From Fibrobacteria bacterium (GTDB lineage: Bacteria > Fibrobacterota > Fibrobacteria > UBA11236), in contig JBGTHM010000064.1 of assembly GCA_041746255.1 (NCBI GenBank), forward strand, positions 1-59,190: 59,190 nt of DNA. The letters are read 5' to 3'. Below are positions 9,072-19,075 of this stretch, one piece after another. The notes under the pieces are model-generated. The model was not told the DNA's origin, made no database searches, and was given only the letters and a program-made list of their open reading frames with translations. Made by a program: the position numbers and the translations under genes. The stretch's first letter is position 1; every line of letters starts with the position of its first letter.

Positions 9072-12000
9072 CCGGTCATCGCGCAAACTGTGGCTGCTTC
9101 TGTTCGCTGCGCCAGTAGCAGCCGCGCCCTCCTTGATGTTCACTCAAGCTCCCAAGGGTGAGGTTTTGCAATCCGAACAAATCCGCCTGGATGTAGAAGC
9201 GCTGCCCGGCACTGAACTGCAAAAACCCTGCAGTCTTTTTTTCAGTGCGGCGCCGCAAGGTCCGGTGGTTTCCGGCCATGACGGCCGCATTTCCAATTTC
9301 ACTTCCGAAGCAGATGGCAATAAGCTTACTTTGCGTTTTCGGCCCTCGGACGCGGCTAACACCCCTTCGGCCCATCCGCAATTGGGGCTGGGTTTCCGTT
9401 ATCTGGTGGCGGTTTGCGGCGATACCCCGCAACATACTCCCGAGCTGCCTTTACTCATCACCACCTCAAAATCACCCACCATCGCCTCTCCCCAATCGAA
9501 AGAAAAATCGAGCTACCCGCAAATAAGCTGGTCCGCCGTGCCGGGTGTGCCCGCCTACCATGTTTTATTGTCGGATCAACCCATCGAAATCAATCCTGAA
9601 AATGGGGATGTCTCGGGAGCCAGTCTCATCTGGCAGGCCATTACCACGGGAACTTCCATTGCTTACGGAATTCCGGATCCTTCCGGTACTTTCGGGAATG
9701 CGACGGCGCCGCCCTTATCGCCGGGCGTCACCTATTCGCTGGTTGTTCTGAACAATTTTGACGGTAAAAGCTCGTTAGCCAGCTCAACCCGGGCGCAAAG
9801 CCTTAAAATTTTCAGCCTGGATTCCGAGAGCGGTTTCTCGAAACCGAAAAACCTGGCTCCCGTTTCCGGGCGAAGTCTCGCCTATCCTGCGGACAGCCTC
9901 ATCACGCTGCGGTGGACAAAGAGCACAAGCACAGTAGGCGCCTTGGCTAATACCTATCGCGTCTTCCTCTATGCATCCTCGGCGCGCGACGGCGTGGAGG
10001 TTTTAGTGCCGGTATGGGATACCGAAGTCACCGATACCTCCGTGACGGTCAATGCCGGAAAAATGCTTTTGGAAAACCGCTATGTCTTCAAGGTCTTCGC
10101 CATGGACAACCAAGGCAAGGCCCGCGTGGGCGACACTACTTCTTTCCGATACTCCACCCCGAGCGCGAGACTGGCGGTAACCGCCCGCGAAATTTTCGGA
10201 GGGGATACGGTTTCATTGGGTGACGTGCGGGTGGAGTTGACTGCGGTGGAGGGCAGTCTCGACCCGCTGCCGCTTTTCACCATCGCCAACTCCGTCGTGG
10301 AAAAAACCTTGCCGCTGGGAACCTATCAAGCGGTATTCAGTAAAGACGGTTTTTCATCGCAAACCTTGACGGCGACGCTTTCCCAGGGCGCGCAAGTCCG
10401 GCTCGACCCTTTTATGCCCAGGGCTTCGGCACTGGTGCGCGGAAGGGTGGTGGATGCCGGCGGCATTCCCCTGGCCCTCAGTAGCGTACGGGCTACCGCC
10501 TTCAACGGAACCGAACTCGCGGCCGCCACCGATGCCCAGGGATATTACCTGTTGGGACTTTCGGCAGGTAGCTATACGCTGTCTTTTGCTAAGCCCGGTT
10601 ATGCGGATGCGGTGGATACGACGGTGAACCTGCAAAGCGGCGGGAGCGTGTTGCTGCCCGATCGGAGGTTAACGAAATGGAATTCGGTTTTATCCGGTAC
10701 TGTGGTCAACGAAAAAGACGCGGCTTTGGCCGGAAGTCACATTACGGTTTTTCGCGAGGACGGTTCCACCGCAGGCACAATGGCCAGCGATGGCGGAGGC
10801 GCCTTCTCCCTTCCCCTTCCCCCGGGCGTCTATCGCGTACGCGCTTCCCGCACCGGCTTCACCTCCGCCGAACAAACCCTGCGTTTGGCCGATGTAGCCA
10901 CGCTGCGCTTCAAGCTCGGTTCCGGCGCCTCCATCGTGAAGGGGCTCGTTAAGCAAAGTTCGCAGAGGACGCCTGACCAAATCTCCGTAACCGCCCTGCC
11001 CAAAGCCCGGATCGAATTGGTTCACCTGAAAACCGGCGGCACACTCGTAACCGAATCGGACGCGCAAGGGCAATATTCCTTTTCCACCGCCGAAACCGGA
11101 GCCTTCAACCTGAAAGCCTCCTTGCCGGGAAACACCGTGGCGGCTTCCCCGGTCTCGGTCACGATTAGCGTCCCCGCGGCTAAAAGCACCGTCACGCGCG
11201 ATGTAAACCTACGGCGCTTGGCCCGGGTGGCGGGCCGGGTGGAAATGGACGGCGGCCTACCCGCGAACCTCGGTAACCTACGCATTACTCTAGCGGGCGT
11301 GGGCGGATCCGATTTCTTCGCCTCCGTCGCGCCTTTCAGGTCGGATTCCATCCTCACCTTTACTTTTTCCGACGTACCCGACGGAACCTACCGGCTCTCG
11401 GGAGGCTCGGAAACTTTCGGCCCCAAGGAGGAAGGCGAGGTGTCGGTTATCGGGAATCTCTGGCGCATGGATGAAACCGTCGAACTCATTGCCGCCGACA
11501 AGTCCGTAACCGTGAAGTTACGCCAGGACGGAAAAGAAATTGCGGGTCGAGTGCAAATGCGGGCTCCCTGGGAAACGCTATTCACGGCGGGAGACGCCTT
11601 TTCCCCGGCTCCTGGGGGCAGCTATTCCTTGACGGCGTTACCCGAAGACAAATCGGTTTTGCCACGGCAAAATTTTTCCTTTCACCTCGCATCCTCCGTA
11701 GCCGATACCACCTTTATCCTTGACCTTCCTTTCAGCCATCTGGCCGTAGAATCTTTGCCGCTGGTACAGGATAGCCTGGTCCTGGAATTCACGGCTCTGG
11801 CGCCCTTCGATTCCGCCCTGGTTCATTACGGCTATGGTAACGTACGCAATACCGCCCGTTTTTCCCGCCCCACCGCCTTTCCGGGAAATCCCAGGGTCAC
11901 CTTGAGACCGGGTGAGCAGGGCGGGGCGCTCGTTTATGCCATTGTGGTTTTCGTCGGAGAGGCCCGCTATTCCAATGACATGACCGGCCGGCGTTTCCAC

Positions 12001-13497
12001 GCCCAGGTGCGCGCCGGAAAGAAGTTACGCCGCATCGCCTTGGATATCCGCGACACTCTCCGCGTACCTCTGGATGCCCGCCTGTCGCTACGGCTACGCG
12101 CTTTCAATCCCGCCGGTGAGAGCCTGGACGATGAGGTTCAAAAGTATGGCAAGGTTGTTTGGGCGCTTAACCCCGCATCCGCCTTGAAACTCGACACCAA
12201 AATAGGCCACGCTCCCGTACTCCTTTCCCCCCGGGTTTTTCCGACGCGGCCGGACCCGAAAGCTTCCGCCCTGGAAGCGCCCCCGCTTTCGCTTTCGAAA
12301 TCGGCAGCTACCTCCGCCCTCGGTCCGGGCTGGGATAGCCTTTTTATCACGGTGACCTTGGACGGAAATACCGTCAAGGACACGCTACCGGTAAAACTTG
12401 AGAATAAAACCGTGCACAAATTGGTATTGAGCAGCTCCTTGGGAAGCGCTCCAATTATGCCGTCTCCCGGACTGTTCACGGTATTCGTTTCCGCTTTCGA
12501 CACCTCCACTACACCGCCCACCCTCCTATCCGCCTCCCCTACTTTCAGCTTGCAACCAAAGGAAGCGGGCAATGTTTCGCCGGGCGGACAGGTGGAATTG
12601 CGGCGGAATTTCATCGGGCCCGTCCGCATTTCCGCCGTCCATCAAACCGGAAGCGGTCGGCAAGTTCAGGCGGAATTGGGAGAAGCCACACCGGGGCAAA
12701 GCACGCTGGTGTTTCCACCGGGCGTAGTGGTGGGTCAAATCCTGCTTCCGGGTGATTCGGCCCGGATTTGGTTTCACGATCCTTCCGTAGAAATAGTCGT
12801 GCAGGATTCCCTGGTTTTCGGCAGCCAGCCCCTGCAATTGTTTCTCTTGAAGAGAACTTTGCCTAAGAGTTTTCTCAGTCTACCCGATTTTCAAGTAAAC
12901 GGTTCGGTGTTTGAACTTTCCAACCCCCTGGGCGCAACTCTGCAATCCCCGCTTATTCTTCGCATGGGACTTGCGCCTTCGGGGCGGAAGCAGACTTCGA
13001 TGGCGCGTTTCGAAACCGCAAGGCTTTCCTGGCATTCCCTCGAAAGCACGGAAATTTCCTCGGAGGAGAATTCTTTCGGAAGACCATCCATCAGCGCCCA
13101 TGCTTTTGCCTTGGACGGAAATTATTACGCCTTGATGAGCGCTTCGAAAACATTGTCCATCGGTGCCGTGAACATCATCCCCAACCCATTTTCGCCTTTA
13201 GTGCTGGCATCTCGCGACGGGAACACCGAATACGGCACGCGCATCCGCTTCGAGCCGGAATCATTGACCTCGGAAGTTACGGTGTCGGTACGGATTTTCA
13301 ACATGCGCGGCGAAATCGTCCGGCTGCTGGTCGATCACCAGACCGTGCCCAAAGCTCCGACGGAATTCTATTGGGACGGCAAAACCAGCGACGGACGCTG
13401 GGCCCGTAACGGACGCTATCTGGTGGAAATTCAATTGCGCGAAACCGGCGGACGGAAGGACATTTCCACCGTGAAACCCGTGGTGCTTTTCCGATAG
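9061..13497 (+). CDS. Large secreted protein with Ig/FN3-like and carboxypeptidase-regulatory-like (Cna-B-type) repeats and a C-terminal FlgD-Ig/T9SS-CTD-like domain
   Basis: Signal peptide; repeated GRVVD..G.PL / TD.QG.Y / G.Y.L...K.GY motifs; C-terminal IIPNPFSP...IFNMRGEIVRLL...WDGKTSDGRWARNGRYLV. Confidence 0.8.
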   Translation: MRFSRSSRKLWLLLFAAPVAAAPSLMFTQAPKGEVLQSEQIRLDVEALPGTELQKPCSLFFSAAPQGPVVSGHDGRISNFTSEADGNKLTLRFRPSDAANTPSAHPQLGLGFRYLVAVCGDTPQHTPELPLLITTSKSPTIASPQSKEKSSYPQISWSAVPGVPAYHVLLSDQPIEINPENGDVSGASLIWQAITTGTSIAYGIPDPSGTFGNATAPPLSPGVTYSLVVLNNFDGKSSLASSTRAQSLKIFSLDSESGFSKPKNLAPVSGRSLAYPADSLITLRWTKSTSTVGALANTYRVFLYASSARDGVEVLVPVWDTEVTDTSVTVNAGKMLLENRYVFKVFAMDNQGKARVGDTTSFRYSTPSARLAVTAREIFGGDTVSLGDVRVELTAVEGSLDPLPLFTIANSVVEKTLPLGTYQAVFSKDGFSSQTLTATLSQGAQVRLDPFMPRASALVRGRVVDAGGIPLALSSVRATAFNGTELAAATDAQGYYLLGLSAGSYTLSFAKPGYADAVDTTVNLQSGGSVLLPDRRLTKWNSVLSGTVVNEKDAALAGSHITVFREDGSTAGTMASDGGGAFSLPLPPGVYRVRASRTGFTSAEQTLRLADVATLRFKLGSGASIVKGLVKQSSQRTPDQISVTALPKARIELVHLKTGGTLVTESDAQGQYSFSTAETGAFNLKASLPGNTVAASPVSVTISVPAAKSTVTRDVNLRRLARVAGRVEMDGGLPANLGNLRITLAGVGGSDFFASVAPFRSDSILTFTFSDVPDGTYRLSGGSETFGPKEEGEVSVIGNLWRMDETVELIAADKSVTVKLRQDGKEIAGRVQMRAPWETLFTAGDAFSPAPGGSYSLTALPEDKSVLPRQNFSFHLASSVADTTFILDLPFSHLAVESLPLVQDSLVLEFTALAPFDSALVHYGYGNVRNTARFSRPTAFPGNPRVTLRPGEQGGALVYAIVVFVGEARYSNDMTGRRFHAQVRAGKKLRRIALDIRDTLRVPLDARLSLRLRAFNPAGESLDDEVQKYGKVVWALNPASALKLDTKIGHAPVLLSPRVFPTRPDPKASALEAPPLSLSKSAATSALGPGWDSLFITVTLDGNTVKDTLPVKLENKTVHKLVLSSSLGSAPIMPSPGLFTVFVSAFDTSTTPPTLLSASPTFSLQPKEAGNVSPGGQVELRRNFIGPVRISAVHQTGSGRQVQAELGEATPGQSTLVFPPGVVVGQILLPGDSARIWFHDPSVEIVVQDSLVFGSQPLQLFLLKRTLPKSFLSLPDFQVNGSVFELSNPLGATLQSPLILRMGLAPSGRKQTSMARFETARLSWHSLESTEISSEENSFGRPSISAHAFALDGNYYALMSASKTLSIGAVNIIPNPFSPLVLASRDGNTEYGTRIRFEPESLTSEVTVSVRIFNMRGEIVRLLVDHQTVPKAPTEFYWDGKTSDGRWARNGRYLVEIQLRETGGRKDISTVKPVVLFR

Positions 13498-13502
13498 GCA
13501 TT

Positions 13503-15098
13503 ATGAAAAGTTCGCTTGCCTATCGCCCCATTTACCTAGCCGCTTTGCTGGCGCTGGCGCCGGTTAAGGGCGAATCCGAAACCATGCCCGGCGAAAGTTT
13601 CGAGCCAACCCCGTCTGGTGTATTGGCATTGCTGCCACCCGAACCCGCTCGCAATCGGGGCGCTTTCGGGGCCGACAGCGCGGCGCTGGCCATAGTAGAG
13701 CGCGCCCTACGGATGCGCCTGGCGCAATCAGGCCGCTACGAAATTCCCAGCCGCGAAGAGCTGGAAATCGAACTGGCCCGCACGCGATCGACCTGGCCCT
13801 CCGACTGCCAGGGCGCCGCCTGCCTGCGCGCGACGGGCGAAAAACTTTCCGCCGATTATGCCCTGTCGGTGAGCGTATTTCTGTCGGTCGACAGTCTTCT
13901 TTGCCGTCTCTCCCTCAATCTGGCGCGCACGGGGGGCAAAAGCCATATCAGCTACGAAGTGGAAGGAACGGGACAGGCCGACGGTTTATCTGAATTGGCC
14001 CGAATCGCAGCCGAAAAAGCCGTGTTGCCTGAAGAGGATTCGTACGCGCCGTCGCCAAGGAAAGGATCACCAAGAATTTTGGTCTGGACGGGTTCCGCAC
14101 TGCTTACGGCCATGGCCGCCCTCGCCTGGACCCAGGGCGATTATTTCCAGGAAGACGGTACGGGGAAGGGACCGGCTCGACCCCTGCTTCCCGAAGGGGG
14201 ACAAATGTCGGGATTGCGCGGCTTTTTCGCTTCGCCTACCGCGCCTCCGCGTTATGCGGCCCAGGGGGATGCCGGACTGGCGCATTCCCGCGACGCTTTA
14301 AGCCTTTTCATCAACCCCGCCGGCATTGCGGATATTCCTCGCGATGCCGCGGCTTTGATCAAAAGCACGCTTCCCGGAGAGGTGCCCGCCTTTGCCCTGG
14401 CCTATGCGGCCCCGCGTAGCCAAAAAATTTCTCAGGGCTACAGCCTCCGCTACGAAGGCGACGATCTCGCCAACGAAATCACCGCCCAGGCCGTACTCGC
14501 GGGAACGCTATCCGGCGCGCGCCAATTCTTTCCGGACGTGAAGGCGGGCCTAGGCGTGAAACTCTATTTGGCGCAGGTGGGCCAAGGCGGCACCGGTCTC
14601 GACCGCTCACGAGGCCATAGCGTCGGAGCCGGGCTCGACCTGGGATCGCAATGGCAGCTCGCTCCCCGCATCCGCGCGGGCGTGGTGCTGCGCGACGCAG
14701 TGAGCTTGCTTCGCCACCGCAACACCTTCACCAATAGCGAGTACTACGAAATCCTTCCACCATTATTATTGGTTGGTGCCGCCTACTCCATGCCCGCGGG
14801 CATCGACCTGGCCATGGACGGCCAGAAGGGACTTTACGCCGATCAAACCGATCATGTCATGCTCGGCGGAGAGGCTACCGCCTTCCGGGTTTTACGCCTG
14901 AGAACCGGGCTCAAGCAAGTATTCAGCGACGACCCCGTGCGGGAATTCACTTTGGGATTCGGATTGACCAGCGAGGGACTGGACTCGGGGTGGAACCTCG
15001 ACAAGCATTTGGAAATCGCCTACAGCTATTCCCTCGCCCTCGATCCCCATGCCCGACTGGGTGGTGTCCAACATTTCAGCGTGGAAATCGGATTTTAA
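13503..15098 (+). CDS. PorV/FadL-like outer-membrane beta-barrel with extra N-terminal periplasmic domain
   Basis: PRYAAQGDAGLA..DALSLFINPAGIA plug motif, GAGLDLG strand, terminal aromatic (SVEIGF); N-terminal C..xxC motif (DCQGAACL). Confidence 0.65.
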   Translation: MKSSLAYRPIYLAALLALAPVKGESETMPGESFEPTPSGVLALLPPEPARNRGAFGADSAALAIVERALRMRLAQSGRYEIPSREELEIELARTRSTWPSDCQGAACLRATGEKLSADYALSVSVFLSVDSLLCRLSLNLARTGGKSHISYEVEGTGQADGLSELARIAAEKAVLPEEDSYAPSPRKGSPRILVWTGSALLTAMAALAWTQGDYFQEDGTGKGPARPLLPEGGQMSGLRGFFASPTAPPRYAAQGDAGLAHSRDALSLFINPAGIADIPRDAAALIKSTLPGEVPAFALAYAAPRSQKISQGYSLRYEGDDLANEITAQAVLAGTLSGARQFFPDVKAGLGVKLYLAQVGQGGTGLDRSRGHSVGAGLDLGSQWQLAPRIRAGVVLRDAVSLLRHRNTFTNSEYYEILPPLLLVGAAYSMPAGIDLAMDGQKGLYADQTDHVMLGGEATAFRVLRLRTGLKQVFSDDPVREFTLGFGLTSEGLDSGWNLDKHLEIAYSYSLALDPHARLGGVQHFSVEIGF

Positions 15099-15114
15099 GC
15101 GGATTCCCAGCCGG

Positions 15115-15768
15115 CTAATTCGAATTTCGACCCGCCTTCAGTCTTTCCCGGAACCAGGATTGGATATCGATGAGCTCCTGGGGCAAAATCGTGTGATCTT
15201 TTTGATAGGTGATGAATGTGAGCGTCAAGCCCATATCCTTGAGCATTCCGTATTGTTGTTTCGAAACGCTAAAGGGGACCACGGGATCCTGAACGCCGTG
15301 GGTTGTCAGGAAATTCTGCTCTTTGGCCTGCGGCGACAATTTGGCCGGGTAGTCTTCCATGAAATAAACGTATCCCGAAACGCCGCAGACTCCCGCCAGC
15401 TTATGCTCCAGACGCAAGCCCACGTCCATGGCCATGAGACTGCCTTGGCTGAAGCCGAATAGGAACAAATTCTCGGTTTTGACCCCCTGAGCGCAGAGCT
15501 CATCGATAAGGTGGAAAATCAGGGGGCGGCTGCGGATTATTCCCGGTCCGGAGTCGTCCATGAAATCGTACCAGCTGTAACCGCCGAAATAGGAATCCGG
15601 AGCGTTTACGAAAAAATAGGAGAGCTCGTCCAGGTTGAGTTCGGAGGGAAGCCACAGGAAACCGTTCAAGGAATCTCCCAATCCATGGAAAACCAGCACC
15701 AATTTCTCTTCCGGCAGTTTTATTTTCGCAGGAACATATTGGTAGTTGAACAGGCTGGTCTTGAGCAT
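15115..15768 (-). CDS. Phospholipase/carboxylesterase (alpha/beta hydrolase)
   Basis: VFHGLGD, GFSQG nucleophile, HGVQDPVV, H in KDHTI; start re-called to ATG 15768. Confidence 0.9.
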   Translation of the reverse strand: MLKTSLFNYQYVPAKIKLPEEKLVLVFHGLGDSLNGFLWLPSELNLDELSYFFVNAPDSYFGGYSWYDFMDDSGPGIIRSRPLIFHLIDELCAQGVKTENLFLFGFSQGSLMAMDVGLRLEHKLAGVCGVSGYVYFMEDYPAKLSPQAKEQNFLTTHGVQDPVVPFSVSKQQYGMLKDMGLTLTFITYQKDHTILPQELIDIQSWFRERLKAGRNSN

Positions 15769-15832
15769 GGCTTCCCCTTCCCGCAACCGGCGGTAGATTG
15801 AAAAATTACATTTTTGGCATCAAGGAGGCGAA

Positions 15833-16723
15833 ATGTCGCTCAATTCCCAAAATAAAGTGATCGCATTCATCGGGCTGGGAGTGATGGGGCGCAGCATGGC
15901 CGGGCATCTCCTGCAAGCGGGATTCCGCGTGCAGGTACATACCCGCACCAAGCAGAAGGCTGAAGAATTGGTGCGCCGTAAGGCGTTGTGGCATGACTCT
16001 CCGGGAGCCGCCGCCCGTAACGCGCAAGTTATTTTCACCATGGTGGGCTATCCCTCCGAAGTCGAGACGGTTTATTTCGGGTCCGACGGCATTTTGGAGA
16101 ACGCCACGCCCGGCGCCCTGCTCATCGACATGAGCACCTCGCAGCCCTCGCTGGCGCGCCGCATATCCGAAGCTGCCCAACGGTTGGGTTTGGCGGCCCT
16201 GGATGCGCCCGTCTCCGGCGGCGACGTGGGCGCCCGCGAAGCCCGGCTCAGCATCATGGTCGGCGGTAGTAAAGAAGATTTCAAAAACGCGCATCCTTTG
16301 TTCGAGCTGTTGGGGAAAAATATCGTTTGGCAAGGCGAGGCCGGCAGCGGTCAGCATGCCAAAATGTGCAATCAAATCGCGGTGGCCGGAACCTTGGTGG
16401 GGGCCTGCGAAGCGCTGGCCTATGCGAAAAAGGCGGGCTTAAATCCGGAAACGGTTCTCCAATCCATCTCCGCCGGCGCTGCCGGAAGTTGGACCCTATC
16501 CAATCTCGCGCCGCGCATATTGGCGGGAGACTTCGAACCGGGATTCTTCGTTCGGCACTTCCTCAAGGATTTGGATATCGCCTTGCAGGAGGCAAAGTCG
16601 ATGGAACTGGAATTACCGGGTCTTGATTTAGCGCAGCGCCTTTATGATCGCCTGATGAAAGAGGGGCATGGATTTTTGGGCACGCAGGCGTTGTACTTTT
16701 TGTACGGCCATACCTCAAACTAA
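15833..16723 (+). CDS. NAD(P)-dependent beta-hydroxyacid dehydrogenase (3-hydroxyisobutyrate/tartronate semialdehyde reductase family)
   Basis: FIGLGVMG, DAPVSGG, KMCNQ, FLKDL motifs. Confidence 0.93.
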   Translation: MSLNSQNKVIAFIGLGVMGRSMAGHLLQAGFRVQVHTRTKQKAEELVRRKALWHDSPGAAARNAQVIFTMVGYPSEVETVYFGSDGILENATPGALLIDMSTSQPSLARRISEAAQRLGLAALDAPVSGGDVGAREARLSIMVGGSKEDFKNAHPLFELLGKNIVWQGEAGSGQHAKMCNQIAVAGTLVGACEALAYAKKAGLNPETVLQSISAGAAGSWTLSNLAPRILAGDFEPGFFVRHFLKDLDIALQEAKSMELELPGLDLAQRLYDRLMKEGHGFLGTQALYFLYGHTSN

Positions 16724-16744
16724 GCATCACCCACCTGGGCAGGA

Positions 16745-17836
16745 TTAGGTCCGGGCTCTACGGGATCGCTTTTCCTGATAATACCGGTAAAACGAAACCA
16801 CTAGGGTAACCATGGTGATAGGAAGCACGAATCCCCAAAAAGCAGCGCGGAATTCGTTGGCCAAATGGTGGTCCGTGGCCTCCACCACCAGATATCCAAT
16901 ATAGGCCACATAATAAAACAGAAAAAACGCGCCTTCCCAGCGGGCAATTCGATGTCCGGTGGCGAAAATGGGAAAACACGCCAGAGCTACGGCCACCATT
17001 ACGGGAAAATCAAAGCTCAGGGCCGAGGTCGCCACCTTGACTCCTCCCGGAGCCAACGCAGCCGTGCCTCCTAAAACGGCAAGGATATTGAAGACATTGC
17101 TGCCTACCACATTACCTACAGCCATGGCGGTTTCTTTTTTTAGGGTTGCGATAACGGTTGCGGCCACTTCGGGCATGGAAGTTCCCAAGGCCACAATGGT
17201 CAGGCCGATAACCAACTCGCTCACTCCCGCGGCGCGCGCTATGTTCACCGCCCCTTGAACCAATAAATCGGCGCCATAAACCAGCAGGACCAACCCGCCG
17301 ATTATGTAGCCGATGCGCAGCAAGTACCCCCCCGCATTTTTCGGGGGTGGAGGCCCTTCCATCTCGACGAAAGATTCGGATACCTCAGTGCGGTTTTTCC
17401 GGCCCATGTGGATTTGCAGCAAGGTATAGAGAAGCGCTCCCGCCACCAGCCATAGCCCATTCCATCGGGAAAAAACTCCGTCGAGAGCCATTAACAGCGC
17501 CGCGAAGGAAACAAAAATCATGATAGGTACGTCAAGACGCACCAACTGGGGTTCCACCACCAGAGGTCTCGCCAGCGCCGCTAACCCCAAAACCAATAAA
17601 ACGTTACAAATATTACTTCCCAGTACGTTTCCCATCGCTACGTCGGCGGTGCCGCTAAAGGCGGCTTGCATGCTCACGGCCAGCTCCGGCGCGCTGGTAC
17701 CGTAAGCCACTACGGTGAGTCCTATGACAAGAGGCGGAATACGGAAGGCCCTGGCCAGCGAGGACGCGCCGCCAACCAGCAATTGCCCTCCAACCACCAA
17801 TAATGCCAAACCGATTGCTATAAAAAGAACATCCAT
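16745..17836 (-). CDS. Ca2+/Na+ antiporter (CaCA superfamily, YrbG-like), copy 2
   Basis: Alpha-1 GTSAPE/GNVLGSN and alpha-2 GTSMPE/GNVVGSN repeats. Confidence 0.93.
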   Translation of the reverse strand: MDVLFIAIGLALLVVGGQLLVGGASSLARAFRIPPLVIGLTVVAYGTSAPELAVSMQAAFSGTADVAMGNVLGSNICNVLLVLGLAALARPLVVEPQLVRLDVPIMIFVSFAALLMALDGVFSRWNGLWLVAGALLYTLLQIHMGRKNRTEVSESFVEMEGPPPPKNAGGYLLRIGYIIGGLVLLVYGADLLVQGAVNIARAAGVSELVIGLTIVALGTSMPEVAATVIATLKKETAMAVGNVVGSNVFNILAVLGGTAALAPGGVKVATSALSFDFPVMVAVALACFPIFATGHRIARWEGAFFLFYYVAYIGYLVVEATDHHLANEFRAAFWGFVLPITMVTLVVSFYRYYQEKRSRRART

Positions 17837-17878
17837 GAAATCACCCTCATTTACAATTCTGCGGAGAACCCTCGCCGA

Positions 17879-19000
17879 CTACCCCGTTCCCATACTCTTT
17901 CCCGTGCCGGCCGCACGCCGCTTCGCCCTCTCGCGCAAATGCCGGTGAAGGGATACCCCCAGTGTTATCACCGTAAGTGGCAAAATAAATCCCCAGAATC
18001 CGACTTGAAATTCATCCCTGAACTCGCTGCGGGTCGACCGTAAAAATTGGTATCCCATGTAAAGCAGGAAATAGAAAAAGAAAAGCCAGCCTTCCCAACG
18101 CGCGATGCGATGGCCGGTTGTGAAGATGGGTAGACAGGCAATGGCCACGACAACCATGATGGGAAAATCGAACCGTAAAGCGGAGAGGGGAATCCCCACC
18201 CCTCCCGGAGAAAAAGCCGAAGTGGCGCCCAATACCAGCAGCAAATTATACACATTGCTGCCCACCAGATTGCCTACGGCCATGGCGGTTTCTTTACGGA
18301 AAATGGCTATCAGGGTGGCCGTAACTTCGGGAAGCGAGGTACCCACGGCGATTATGGTGATGCCGATAACCAATTCGCTGATCCCCGCCGCCCGGGCCAA
18401 GGTTACGGCTCCTCCTACCAACCAATCGGCCCCGATAATCAGCAAGGCCAAACCCAGAAAAACCAATGTCAGCTGCCCTACCCAGGAACCCCATTTTCGG
18501 GGAGGGTTTTGCTTGGACGTTGCTTGTTCGAGTATTTGAGCCTGGGAATTTCCGTTTTCCCTACGGCTGAGATGTATTTGCAAAACGGTGTAAGCTACCG
18601 CACCCAGCAGCAATAGTATTCCGTCAAACCCACTCAGACTTCCGTCCCTCCCCAAGAGCAGTGCAAGGCCGGAAATGCCTATCATTATGGGCACATCAAG
18701 ACGCACCAATTGCCGCTCTACCACCAGGTTCCGCACAGCCGCCCCCAGACCCAAGACAAGGAGGATATTGCAAATGTTGCTGCCCAACACATTTCCCAGG
18801 GCAACGTCTCCGGATCCCCGAAAGGCGGCCTTCAGGCAAACCGCCAACTCGGGAGCGCTGGTGCCGATGGATACAACCGTCAATCCGATGATGAGGGGGG
18901 AGATACCGAAAGTTCGCGCGAGGCTGGAAGCGCCCCTGACGAGCGCATGGCCACCGGCAACCAGCAGGACAAGTCCCAGTATAATCATGGCGACCGGCAT
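17879..19000 (-). CDS. Ca2+/Na+ antiporter (CaCA superfamily, YrbG-like), copy 1
   Basis: GTSAPE/GNVLGSN and GTSLPE/GNLVGSN repeats. Confidence 0.93.
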   Translation of the reverse strand: MPVAMIILGLVLLVAGGHALVRGASSLARTFGISPLIIGLTVVSIGTSAPELAVCLKAAFRGSGDVALGNVLGSNICNILLVLGLGAAVRNLVVERQLVRLDVPIMIGISGLALLLGRDGSLSGFDGILLLLGAVAYTVLQIHLSRRENGNSQAQILEQATSKQNPPRKWGSWVGQLTLVFLGLALLIIGADWLVGGAVTLARAAGISELVIGITIIAVGTSLPEVTATLIAIFRKETAMAVGNLVGSNVYNLLLVLGATSAFSPGGVGIPLSALRFDFPIMVVVAIACLPIFTTGHRIARWEGWLFFFYFLLYMGYQFLRSTRSEFRDEFQVGFWGFILPLTVITLGVSLHRHLRERAKRRAAGTGKSMGTG

Positions 19001-19075
19001 GGTTTTTCCACCTTAAAAAGAAAATCCCGCCCCGGCAATCCTTATCCGGTGATTACGGCGGTATGGAATGTTACT

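Noticed and set aside
18710..19075. N-terminal extension of the methyltransferase ORF
   Set aside because: Overlaps the divergent antiporter gene; ATG 19076 is more plausible.
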